Positions 1-8,362 of a DNA stretch of 64,000 bases are shown in pieces. The notes below the pieces were generated by a model that saw nothing but the letters and a program-made list of their open reading frames with translations, did no database searches and had not been told where the DNA came from. A program made the position numbers and the translations under genes. The DNA is from an uncultured Gemmatimonadales bacterium (GTDB lineage: Bacteria > Gemmatimonadota > Gemmatimonadetes > Gemmatimonadales > GWC2-71-9), in the NCBI GenBank assembly GCA_963695555.1, contig CAVOGR010000001.1:1056001-1120000 (forward strand). The letters are read 5' to 3'. The stretch's first letter is position 1, and each line of letters starts with the position of its first letter.

Positions 1-2
1 CG

Positions 3-230
3 GATTTGTTGTATCGGGCCGGCAAATACGACGAGGCCGGTGCGGCCTACGAGCGAGTCATCAAACTGAATCCCGATCTGGGTGACGATCTCTATTTCAA
101 ATTGGGGAACATTTCGTTCAAGCGACGGGACTTCGCGCAGGCCAAGGCCTATTGGCAGCGGGCTACCGAACTCAATGCTGGGCACGAACTCGCGCGGTCG
201 AATCTCGAAATGCTGGCATCGGTATCGTGA
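3..230 (+). CDS. TPR-repeat protein, C-terminal part (5' end outside the window)
   Basis: Frame is open from the window edge. TPR-like helices YRAGKYDEAGAAYERVIKLNP and LYFKLGNISFKRRDFAQAKAYWQRATELN. TGA at 228-230. Confidence 0.8.
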   Translation, partial: DLLYRAGKYDEAGAAYERVIKLNPDLGDDLYFKLGNISFKRRDFAQAKAYWQRATELNAGHELARSNLEMLASVS

Positions 231-243
231 TCCGCGACGACGC

Positions 244-735
244 ATGACGGATCCACACGAGGTCCTCGTCGACATCGCCGAGTATCGGGTGGGGGCCGGT
301 GTCGACATCCTCGTTGCATTGGGACTCAGCAGCTGCGTGGCCGTGGCGGTGCACGATCCCGTGACCAACATTGGAGGTCTCGCTCACATTCTTCTTCCGT
401 CGCCGTCGCTCACGGGGGAGCGTGGCAAGCCCGGCAAATTCCCCCAAACCGCCATCCCCCTCCTCGTCGAGGGCATGGTTGAGGCCGGGGCCGGACGGCG
501 GCGGCTCCACGCGCGGCTGATCGGCGGGGCAAGCATGTTTGGTGCCTTGCAGCAGGGTCGGACCATGCCAATGGGAGAGCGCAATCTGGCCGCGGCGCGG
601 GCCGTATTGCGGGCGGAGCGAATTCCGGTGAGTGGTGAGGCAACGGGCGGCGACTTCGGCCGGTCGCTTCGTTTTTCGGTCGATGGCGGCCGCATCGAGA
701 TCCGCGCCGTGGGTCGCGATCTCACTGCCCTGTGA
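244..735 (+). CDS. cheD: Chemoreceptor glutamine deamidase CheD
   Basis: ATG at 244 (MTDPHEV). Motifs LGLSSCVAV (catalytic Cys), GGLAHILLP (His), KFPQTAI, GGASMF, MGERN, GGDFGRS. Confidence 0.9.
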   Translation: MTDPHEVLVDIAEYRVGAGVDILVALGLSSCVAVAVHDPVTNIGGLAHILLPSPSLTGERGKPGKFPQTAIPLLVEGMVEAGAGRRRLHARLIGGASMFGALQQGRTMPMGERNLAAARAVLRAERIPVSGEATGGDFGRSLRFSVDGGRIEIRAVGRDLTAL

Positions 736-909
736 CGTGACATTGACTCTCGTAGCGGACGATGTCGCGCCGAGCTGGACCAGTGAGGGTTCATCGCCCG
801 GCGGATGCCTCACGCCGCGCGCATGCGGTCGACGACGGCTCGAAGCAGGGGAAACGAATACTCGCGTGTCGGCAATCCACCGACAGTTCGAACAGCACGG
901 AGTAAGCCG

Positions 910-1782
910 ATGACGGAAGAGTGGCTGGCGCAGTTGCGGACCCAGGGAGCCGAGATCGCCGCGCGGTTGGAGCAGGCGAGCTCACCCGGGGAACGGGAGG
1001 CGCTCAAGCGCGACATCATTGCGTATTTCAAGCTGGTCGATGGGGCGCTCCTCGAGTTGACCGATGTCAAGGAGTCGATCCGTGGGCTGGTGGAGCGGTA
1101 CAAACAGGTGGCAGGCACGCCGGACCCTCGGCAGAGCCCGCACTTCTCCGGAGACCGGCCGGCAATTCGGGCTGATCACTTGGGCGCGTCCACCTACATC
1201 GACAAGGGATGGAACCTCATTGCCTTGGGCGACCACGAAGGTGCCATTCAGGCACTGACGAAGGCGCTCAGTCTCTCGCCCGAAGACTCGCAGGCACGCT
1301 CGCTGCTCGGCTGGGCGCAGATGCTCAGCGAGACCTACGACGACGCGCTCGCCACCTTCTCCAAGGTGTTGTCGAAGGAGCCCGCAAATTCGTTGGCTCG
1401 CATCAATGTGGGCTACGTCTGCCTCAAGAAGGGAATTTTTGGCGAAGCCATCGAGCATTTGTCCAAAGCCATCCGCCTGGACAACGATCGCAAGGCGACG
1501 CTCTACGCGCACTATTACCTTGGGTTGGTATACTTAGACCGCGAAATGTACGAGGACGCCGTCACCTTCTTTCGCAAGACCATCGATCTCGGGCCAAACT
1601 TGATCGAGGCCCACTACGAGCTCGGACGGGCACTTTGGTTTTCGGACGACCAGGAAGCCGCCGTCGCTGCGTGGGAAACGGGCGTCGCCACCAACCGGTT
1701 CAATCCATGGGGGAAGCGGTGTCAGGACATGCTCGATCTCGTCCGAGCGGGAGGTGATGTCCCTCGCACGCCTTCCTCCTAG
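910..1782 (+). CDS. TPR-repeat protein with N-terminal coiled-coil region
   Basis: ATG at 910 preceded by GGAG. Helical N-terminus, then about five TPR motifs (e.g. ARSLLGWAQML, ARINVGYVCLKKG, AHYYLGLVYL, AHYELGRAL). Confidence 0.85.
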   Translation: MTEEWLAQLRTQGAEIAARLEQASSPGEREALKRDIIAYFKLVDGALLELTDVKESIRGLVERYKQVAGTPDPRQSPHFSGDRPAIRADHLGASTYIDKGWNLIALGDHEGAIQALTKALSLSPEDSQARSLLGWAQMLSETYDDALATFSKVLSKEPANSLARINVGYVCLKKGIFGEAIEHLSKAIRLDNDRKATLYAHYYLGLVYLDREMYEDAVTFFRKTIDLGPNLIEAHYELGRALWFSDDQEAAVAAWETGVATNRFNPWGKRCQDMLDLVRAGGDVPRTPSS

Positions 1783-1850
1783 CTCTCGCCCTCGCCGCCG
1801 CGGTCCATCAACAACAGCCGAGCGCCGTCCAGGTCGGGCAGGTCACGGCG

Positions 1851-2648
1851 GTGGCTTGGCCCGAGGAGATGGATCTCGCCCTCGCGCTCGCCGAGGTCGC
1901 GAGCCGGCCGGTGGTATGGCCGGGCCTCGGACGGCAATCACCCGGGCCGCTCCGGCTCATCGTCCTCGCGCCCGGTCGCGATCTCGACTCGTTGTCGCGC
2001 CGCCGGCTTCCCCGCTGGACGGCTGGGCTCGCGTATCCCGCCGCGCGAACGATCATGGTGCGGTCGCGGGGCTCGAGTGCATTCACCGTCCTGCGCCACG
2101 AACTCGCCCACCTCGCCCTCCACGACGCGGTGCGTTCCCGGCTTCCACTGTGGTTTGACGAAGGGTACGCGTCCTGGGCGGCTGGGGAGTTCGACCGGCT
2201 GCAACAGCTGAACGTGAATCTGGCGGTGCTCCGGGGGCGCATTCCCGATTTCGATCAGCTGGATCGAGCCTTGCGCGGACCCCCGACGACTGCGGAGGCA
2301 GCCTACGCGCTCGCGGCGACGGCTGTGATCGATCTGGCCCAGCGAACCCGCGGTGGGCAGCTTGCGCCCCTGTTCCAGGAGCTCCAGGGCGGCGTGGGTT
2401 TCGATAGCGCGGTTCGGAGCACGGTTGGGCTCACGGTGGATCAGTTCGAGGTGCGGTGGAGCCAAGCGATCCGGCGGCGCTACAATCTGCTTACCTGGCT
2501 CGCGGCCGGCGGGCTTTGGACCCTGTTGGGCGGGCTGGTCCTGGTGGCGCATTTCCTCCGCCGCCGCCGTGACCTCCCGCGCCGCCAGGCCTTGGACGAC
2601 GGGTGGGTCATTCCGGAACCGGAAGAGGAGGAATCCGCGGCGTTCTAG
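1851..2648 (+). CDS. Peptidase MA-family (gluzincin) metallopeptidase with C-terminal TM helix; true start probably further upstream
   Basis: HELAH (HExxH) plus PLWFDEGYA third-ligand motif, C-terminal hydrophobic helix. The frame is open back to 1758 and encodes a signal-like stretch, but the first canonical start is GTG 1851. Confidence 0.8.
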   Translation: MAWPEEMDLALALAEVASRPVVWPGLGRQSPGPLRLIVLAPGRDLDSLSRRRLPRWTAGLAYPAARTIMVRSRGSSAFTVLRHELAHLALHDAVRSRLPLWFDEGYASWAAGEFDRLQQLNVNLAVLRGRIPDFDQLDRALRGPPTTAEAAYALAATAVIDLAQRTRGGQLAPLFQELQGGVGFDSAVRSTVGLTVDQFEVRWSQAIRRRYNLLTWLAAGGLWTLLGGLVLVAHFLRRRRDLPRRQALDDGWVIPEPEEEESAAF

Positions 2649-2850
2649 CCCGGATCGAAGCACCTCCTGTCCATGATAGGTGACATCGCGATTGAGAGCC
2701 GCCCTGAGATTGCCGCTCAAGTCGAGGGGTGACAAGCGGATGTGCCTCTCTTCCCGGCTGGCACGTCCGTTGCCTTTGAGGGGTGTGAGATGGTTGGGCC
2801 TCGCGGAATGGTGGGATCGGGAACGCGGCCGGCGGGAGGCTGTCGCCTGG

Positions 2851-2879
2851 TTGACCGATCCCGACCAGGGGGGTATCGT
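2851..2879 (+). promoter_or_regulatory. Putative sigma70 promoter
   Basis: TTGACC-17 nt-TATCGT, with ATG 2888 only 8 nt downstream of the -10 box. Confidence 0.55.
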
Positions 2880-2887
2880 CAACGATT

Positions 2888-3079
2888 ATGCCCACTTCGC
2901 AACCGCCCGCCACCCGTGAGCGCGGCCCTCTCGCGCGCCGGAACGTTTTCCTCCTCGGCGCGGCACTGCTATCATTAGGGGTTGGGTACGGACTCCTGGT
3001 GTCAGGAGAGGCAAGCGCGGCGGCGGTGTTCCTGGTGCTCGGGTATTGCGTGCTCTTTCCCTTGGGCATTGCGCTCTAG
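2888..3079 (+). CDS. Small two-TM membrane protein (DUF3098-like)
   Basis: 63 aa: RRNVFLLGAALLSLGVGYGLL...AAVFLVLGYCVLFPLGI, matching the pattern of DUF3098-type proteins. Confidence 0.7.
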   Translation: MPTSQPPATRERGPLARRNVFLLGAALLSLGVGYGLLVSGEASAAAVFLVLGYCVLFPLGIAL

Positions 3080-3112
3080 GGCGTATTCGTCGGGCGCCAA
3101 AGCTGGGTTGTT

Positions 3113-3187
3113 GGGCGAATAGCTCAGCTGGTTCAGAGCGCCTGCTTTACACGCAGGAAGTCGGGGGTTCGAATCCCTCTTCGCCCA
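3113..3187 (+). tRNA. tRNA-Val (anticodon TAC), CCA not encoded
   Basis: Acceptor stem GGGCGAA/TTCGCCC, D-arm TAGCTCAGCTGGTTCAGAGC, anticodon arm CCTGC-TT TAC AC-GCAGG, T-loop GGTTCGAATCC. Confidence 0.97.
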
Positions 3188-3266
3188 TTAGGCTGCTACC
3201 GCTCTCCCTCGGGCGAGCATACTCTAGGGCCGGTGGCCCGCGTTTCTTGCTGGAGGCCAATTGGCT

Positions 3267-4976
3267 ATGCACGTGATCCGCTCACTCGTCTTGGCCGCAC
3301 TCGCCGGTGCGGTGGCGACTCCCGCCGTCGGCCAAATTCCGGCCGGGGCCGGTCGTGCGTCGCCCTCCCAGGCGGCTCCGAAACTCCTAGTGGCGAATCC
3401 GTACGTCTTCACTTCCGAAGACTCGGCCTCCGCGGTTGAAGCCGGCACCGGGCTCCGGGAACGGCTGGACCGGGTGGTCGGCAACAAGTTCCGTATCGTG
3501 GGCCGGGACCAGATGAATGAGGCGCTCGCTACGTGGGGCTACCCAGCGGACGCGATTCTCGCCGCGCCGGTCGCCCGGCGGTTTGCGAACGAGTTGCGCG
3601 CCTGGACCTTCATAAGCTCCGCCATGGCGCACCGAGGCGGGGGCGACTACTCGCTGACGGCACGTTTGGCCGGTGTCAACGACAAGGCGGGCCTGGTGGT
3701 GTCGGTCTCGCGCGAACCCGGGCAGACCTTCAAGGCCATGGGTGAAGCGACGGCTGAACTCCTGCGCGAGGGGATTCGGGCGTACGAGGATGCCAAGGAC
3801 TGCATCGACCAGATGGCCGACAAGCCGGACAAAGCCGCGGCCTCGGCCGAAAAGGCTATTCGGCGCGTGCCGAACCACGGCCTTGCCAATTATTGTCTGG
3901 CTCAGATCTCCATCGCCAAGAAGGAGAGCGCCAGCACCACGATTGCCCTGCTTGACAAGGCGGTTGAAGGGGATCCGCAGAGCCTGCCGGCGTGGACCGA
4001 CCTGGCCACCCAGTACGAAGCCTCGGGTGACAGCGCCAAAGTCATCGACGCCTTCCAGCAAATGCTCCTGATCGCGCCGACCAACCAGCAGCTCCGGGAA
4101 ACCGCGATTCGCCTGTTCAATCAGTACGGTCAACCTGGCGCGGCGGTAGACATCGCCAAGAACGGTCTGGAACTCGATCCGACCAATGCCGATCTCTGGG
4201 ACCTCCTGAGCAATGCCTACGCCGTGTCCGGCAACTTCGGCGGCGCGATCGACGCGCTCGAGCAAGTCTACCAGAACGACTCGACCAAGGCCGATTCCCT
4301 GTACTTCCTCAAGGTCATGGTGTTCGCCGACGAGCAGCCGGATACGGCGCGGCTGCTCAAGTGGGCCCGGATTGGAGTCGACAAGTATCCCACGAACGTC
4401 AATCTGTTGGGCTTCTTGGCCAAGAGCTACGGTCTGGTCGGAGAACTCGACAGCGCGCTCGCCGTCACCTCCCGCCTGCTCGAGATCGACTCCACCAGCG
4501 TTCCGACGGCATTGACCGTAATGAAGACCTTTGCCGACGCGCGCCGCGCGCCCGAGGCGATGCCGCTGATCGACTTCGTACTGGGTAGTGAGGACGAGCA
4601 GGCGAAACAGAGTGCCGCTGTCATTCTGACGAACGGCGCCTTGCCACTCCTGCGGGAGCCGCAGGACCTGGAGGGGGCAGCGGCGATCACTCGGAAGGCC
4701 ATTGCGCTCATAGGGTCTTCCAATACCCAGCTCGTCACGACCGCCAACTACGTGCTCGGTATCGCGACCTTCCTGCAGGTGCCGAAGCTCGACCCGCAGG
4801 CGGAGCAAGAAAAGTCGTGCGACATCGCCCGGCAGATGGATGCCTTGATGAAGGAGTCCGAGGTGGCCCTCTCACTGGGCCGAGAGACCAACCCGGAGCA
4901 GACGGGCGTCTACGATGGATACCTACGCCAGTACAAGCCGCGGGTGAGGTCCATGATCACGGCCTACTGCCGTTGA
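3267..4976 (+). CDS. Exported TPR-repeat protein
   Basis: Signal peptide MHVIRSLVLAALAGAVATPAVG-Q, an alpha/beta N-terminal domain, then many TPR-like helical repeats. Strong C/G-ending codon bias. Confidence 0.85.
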   Translation: MHVIRSLVLAALAGAVATPAVGQIPAGAGRASPSQAAPKLLVANPYVFTSEDSASAVEAGTGLRERLDRVVGNKFRIVGRDQMNEALATWGYPADAILAAPVARRFANELRAWTFISSAMAHRGGGDYSLTARLAGVNDKAGLVVSVSREPGQTFKAMGEATAELLREGIRAYEDAKDCIDQMADKPDKAAASAEKAIRRVPNHGLANYCLAQISIAKKESASTTIALLDKAVEGDPQSLPAWTDLATQYEASGDSAKVIDAFQQMLLIAPTNQQLRETAIRLFNQYGQPGAAVDIAKNGLELDPTNADLWDLLSNAYAVSGNFGGAIDALEQVYQNDSTKADSLYFLKVMVFADEQPDTARLLKWARIGVDKYPTNVNLLGFLAKSYGLVGELDSALAVTSRLLEIDSTSVPTALTVMKTFADARRAPEAMPLIDFVLGSEDEQAKQSAAVILTNGALPLLREPQDLEGAAAITRKAIALIGSSNTQLVTTANYVLGIATFLQVPKLDPQAEQEKSCDIARQMDALMKESEVALSLGRETNPEQTGVYDGYLRQYKPRVRSMITAYCR

Positions 4977-5026
4977 GGGCCTTCCTCAGGAGGAAGCCGC
5001 TCTCTATATTGCGGTGCTCGAAACCG

Positions 5027-5101
5027 GGGGCTGTAGCTCAGTTTGGTTAGAGTGCCGCACTGTCACTGCGGAAGTCGCGGGTTCGAGTCCCGTCAGCCCC
5101 G
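5027..5101 (+). tRNA. tRNA-Asp (anticodon GTC), CCA not encoded
   Basis: Acceptor stem GGGGCTG/CAGCCCC, anticodon arm CCGCA-CT GTC AC-TGCGG, T-loop GGTTCGAGTCC, discriminator G. Confidence 0.97.
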
Positions 5102-5115
5102 CTCCCGACATTCCA

Positions 5116-5152
5116 ACGACACCCCGTTCCCCACTGGCGAGCGGGGTGTCGT
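5116..5152 (+). terminator. Strong stem-loop after tRNA-Asp (terminator or processing signal)
   Basis: ACGACACCCCGTTC pairs with GAGCGGGGTGTCGT (14 bp including one G-U). No clear U-tract follows. Confidence 0.5.
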
Positions 5153-5179
5153 CGTAATCAACCTCGTGCCCGGCGTCTC

Positions 5180-6088
5180 GTGACGAGCCACCACGACCCA
5201 GTCATGCTCCCGCAGGTGCTGGAAGCGCTCGGGACCGCCCGGCGAGTCGCCGATGTCACCCTCGGGGATGGCGGCTACGCCGAGGCGCTGCTCGGCTATG
5301 GCGTCGCGCTCCTGGGCATCGACCGGGACGCCGAGGCGCTGCAGCGCGCCCGGGCCCGATTGGGTGCCTCCACGTGTAGCTACCTTCATGCCAGTTTCGG
5401 ATCGCCCGAGGCGCTCCGAGCCGTTACCGAGTTTCACCCCGCTGGGGTGGTCGCGGATCTCGGAGTCTCCTCGCGGCTCCTGGATGATCCCGCCCGGGGC
5501 TTCAGCTTCCGACCCGGCGTGCCGCTCGACATGCGAATGGACCCCGAGGGACCGACCGCCGCCGAGGTGCTCAACCGGGCGGACCCAGAGCGACTCGTCC
5601 GCATCTTCGCGGACTATGGTGACGAGCGGCGTGCCCACCGGCTGGCTCGGGAAGTCGTGCGCCGCCGGGTCACCAGCCCGCTCCGCACCAGCGATGATTT
5701 GGTCAACGCCATCCGGGCCGTGTTGGGCCCCAGATCCGGGCCGGGCGACTTCGCGCGGTTGTTCCAAGCCGTTCGGATCGAGGTCAATGCCGAATTGACC
5801 CAGCTCGACACTGCGCTTCCGGTTTGGCGTGACGCCCTGACCCCCGGTGGGTGCGTGGTAGTGATCAGTTATCATTCAGGGGAGGATCGCCTGGTCAAAC
5901 ATGCTTTCCGGGAGTGGAGCAAGGCGTGTGTCTGTCCCACCGAACAGCCGATGTGTACCTGCCGGGGCCGGTCGTACGGGAAGGCGGTGCCGCGGAAGCC
6001 CATCCGGCCGACCGCGGAAGAAATCGCACGAAATCCCAGGGCCCGCAGTGCCAGGCTCAGAGTGTTCCGGGTAACTGATGGAGCTTAG
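5180..6088 (+). CDS. rsmH: 16S rRNA m4C1402 methyltransferase RsmH
   Basis: HDPVML, DVTLGDGG, DLGVSS, RGFSF, PLDMRMD, FQAVRIEVN, ISYHSGEDRLVK, NPRARSARLR. First gene of the dcw cluster. Confidence 0.97.
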   Translation: MTSHHDPVMLPQVLEALGTARRVADVTLGDGGYAEALLGYGVALLGIDRDAEALQRARARLGASTCSYLHASFGSPEALRAVTEFHPAGVVADLGVSSRLLDDPARGFSFRPGVPLDMRMDPEGPTAAEVLNRADPERLVRIFADYGDERRAHRLAREVVRRRVTSPLRTSDDLVNAIRAVLGPRSGPGDFARLFQAVRIEVNAELTQLDTALPVWRDALTPGGCVVVISYHSGEDRLVKHAFREWSKACVCPTEQPMCTCRGRSYGKAVPRKPIRPTAEEIARNPRARSARLRVFRVTDGA

Positions 6089-6377
6089 AGGACGATACTG
6101 GGTCCTATTCTGGTTGCTGGTGTTCTTGGTCGTCACCACCGTGGTCGTGGCGCGCCAGAGCGATGCGATCCGGACCGCCCGGCGATTGGAGACCTTGCGG
6201 AATGAACGGGTCGTGCTCGAAGCCAAACACGCCGAGTTCGTTCGGCGGGTGCGCCAGGCATCGGGTCGGAAAGTTCTGATGCCCCGGGTCGAGAAGGCGC
6301 TGGGTTTGCGCGAGCCGACGGACGCGGAGTGGGAAAATTTCTCCCCGGGAGATACCGGCACGGAAGGCCAGCGCTAG
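6078..6377 (+). CDS. ftsL: Cell division protein FtsL-like
   Basis: 99 aa, single TM followed by a coiled coil, lying between rsmH and ftsI. Confidence 0.75.
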   Translation: MELRGRYWVLFWLLVFLVVTTVVVARQSDAIRTARRLETLRNERVVLEAKHAEFVRRVRQASGRKVLMPRVEKALGLREPTDAEWENFSPGDTGTEGQR

Positions 6378-8362
6378 TGGCCCGGTCGGTGGCGCGGATC
6401 GGCGCGCTCGAGTTCATCCTCGGCCTGGCCCTCGCGGCGGTGGTGATTCGGGCTGCCCAGATTCAGGTGGTGCGGGGCGGTCATTATGCGGCCATCGCCG
6501 AACGGCAGCGCACCAGTACCGAGCAGGTACCCGCTCGCCGCGGGACCGTCTACGATCGTCATGGGCAGCCGCTCGTCGTGACCCAAGAGGAATACGCCGT
6601 CGGGATTGCCCCGAACGAGGTGACTGATGTCCGGGGCACGGCGCGCCTCGTCGCCAAGCATCTCGGGATCGCGGCCCGCCCGCTGGAGCAGGCGATCCGT
6701 GGATCGAAGCGCTATCGGTGGCTAGCGGGGCCCTTTCCGGCCACCAGAGTCGAGCCGCTTCGGGACGTCCGCGGCATTCACCTCCATCGGCGGCTCGAGC
6801 GGACCTATCCTTCCGGCGACCTCGCCGGCCCGATCTTGGGACGCTTGAACGCCGAGGGGACTGGCGCCACCGGCCTCGAGCTCTTGCTGGATTCGCTCCT
6901 CCAGGGCCAGCCCGGGGAGGCCGTGGTGTTGAAGGACCATCTCGGCCGACGGTACGAGTCGCCGTCACGTCGGCGCCGCGCACCGGTTGCGGGCGACGAT
7001 GTCTACCTGACGCTGGACGTCGAGCTTCAAGACATCGCCGAACGGGGCTTGGAAGACGCCATCGCCGCCTCGGATGCGGAAGGCGGCGACGTGGTCCTCC
7101 TCCATCCCGAAACCGGTGAGGTTTTGGCCCTCGCGTCGCGTGTGACCCAGAACGGCAGGCTCGTCTCATCGCCCGCCGCCATTCACACCACCTTCGAGCC
7201 GGGCTCCACGGCCAAGATCTTCACGGCGGCCGCGTTGCTCATGCGAGGGCTGGTGGACAGTACCGACACCGAAAACGTGGTCGACGGCCGGTGGCGAATG
7301 CCTATCGTCGAACAGCCGACGCGGCCATCGCAATACCGGACGATCGAAGACTCTCATCGCGAGCTCGGGGTCCATCCCTTGACCCTGGCAGACGCCATCC
7401 GGGTATCGAGCAATGTGGCCATGGCCAAGTTCGCGACCCGGCTCACCCCCGAACAGCAATACGAGACCCTCCGAGGGTTCGGGTTCGGCAACCGGACCGG
7501 CATCGAGTTTCCTTCGGAATCCGAAGGCCGCCTCTATCCGCCACACCAGTGGACGCTTCGCATGACCCCAGCGAGCCTCGCCATGGGCTACGAACTCGCG
7601 GTCACACCACTCCAACTGGCGGTGGCCTACGCCGCGATCGCGAACGACGGCATCGTGCTGAGTCCTGCGATCGTAAAGGAAATCCGTGACGCGGAAGGCG
7701 AGGTGATCTACCAGCACGTCCCAGAGCCGGTGCGCCGCGCTGTTTCGCCGACCGTGGCGGCCAGGCTGCGGGAGTTCCTGCGCGGCGCGGTGGAACAAGG
7801 CGGCACCGGCGAACGGGCCCAGCTCGGCAAGTACTTTCTCATGGGCAAGACCGGAACGGCCAGGCGATTCCGCGATGGTCGCTACGTGGATGAATACACC
7901 GGGTCCTTTGCCGCACTCTTCCCGCAGGACAATCCCGAGCTGGTGGTCGTCGTGAAGATCGACAATCCTCGGGCCGGGAGCTACTACGGTGCGCAGACGG
8001 CGGCTCCGGCGACCAAAGACATGCTGAACCATGCCTTGGCCGCGGGGCTCCTGCCGTTCACACCGGCCGAGACACAGGGTCGGCCTCGGCCGAGGCCGCG
8101 ACGAAACGAACCTGAGGCGGAAGGCCGCGTCAGCGCTCCGCCGGTCGTCATTCCGTGGCCCCCGGCCGCGGCGGACTCCGCCGCCCCTCCGCCGCGACCG
8201 GTGCCAAAGGTCGTCGCCTTGCCGGTACGGGAAGCCGTGCTTGCCCTCCATCAGCGTGGGTTCCAGGTCCAGCTGCGCGGGCTCGGTATCGTTGAACGCA
8301 CCTGGCCGAGCGCCGGGACCGTCATGGCCCGAGGCCGCATCGTCACCGTGTGGGCCAGATGA
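6377..8362 (+). CDS. ftsI: Class B penicillin-binding protein FtsI/PBP3 with C-terminal PASTA domain
   Basis: GTG 6377 overlaps the ftsL TAG. Motifs RRGTVYDRHG, EPGSTAK (SxxK), SSN (SxN), GKTGTA (KTG), and a PASTA-like C-terminus. Confidence 0.93.
   Translation: MARSVARIGALEFILGLALAAVVIRAAQIQVVRGGHYAAIAERQRTSTEQVPARRGTVYDRHGQPLVVTQEEYAVGIAPNEVTDVRGTARLVAKHLGIAARPLEQAIRGSKRYRWLAGPFPATRVEPLRDVRGIHLHRRLERTYPSGDLAGPILGRLNAEGTGATGLELLLDSLLQGQPGEAVVLKDHLGRRYESPSRRRRAPVAGDDVYLTLDVELQDIAERGLEDAIAASDAEGGDVVLLHPETGEVLALASRVTQNGRLVSSPAAIHTTFEPGSTAKIFTAAALLMRGLVDSTDTENVVDGRWRMPIVEQPTRPSQYRTIEDSHRELGVHPLTLADAIRVSSNVAMAKFATRLTPEQQYETLRGFGFGNRTGIEFPSESEGRLYPPHQWTLRMTPASLAMGYELAVTPLQLAVAYAAIANDGIVLSPAIVKEIRDAEGEVIYQHVPEPVRRAVSPTVAARLREFLRGAVEQGGTGERAQLGKYFLMGKTGTARRFRDGRYVDEYTGSFAALFPQDNPELVVVVKIDNPRAGSYYGAQTAAPATKDMLNHALAAGLLPFTPAETQGRPRPRPRRNEPEAEGRVSAPPVVIPWPPAAADSAAPPPRPVPKVVALPVREAVLALHQRGFQVQLRGLGIVERTWPSAGTVMARGRIVTVWAR

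Noticed and set aside
3046..3276. 76-aa ORF spanning tRNA-Val
   Set aside because: It is a translation of the tRNA gene and its flanks.
3113..5101. Possible genomic island between the two tRNAs
   Set aside because: No integrase, no direct repeat of a tRNA 3' end, and native codon usage.
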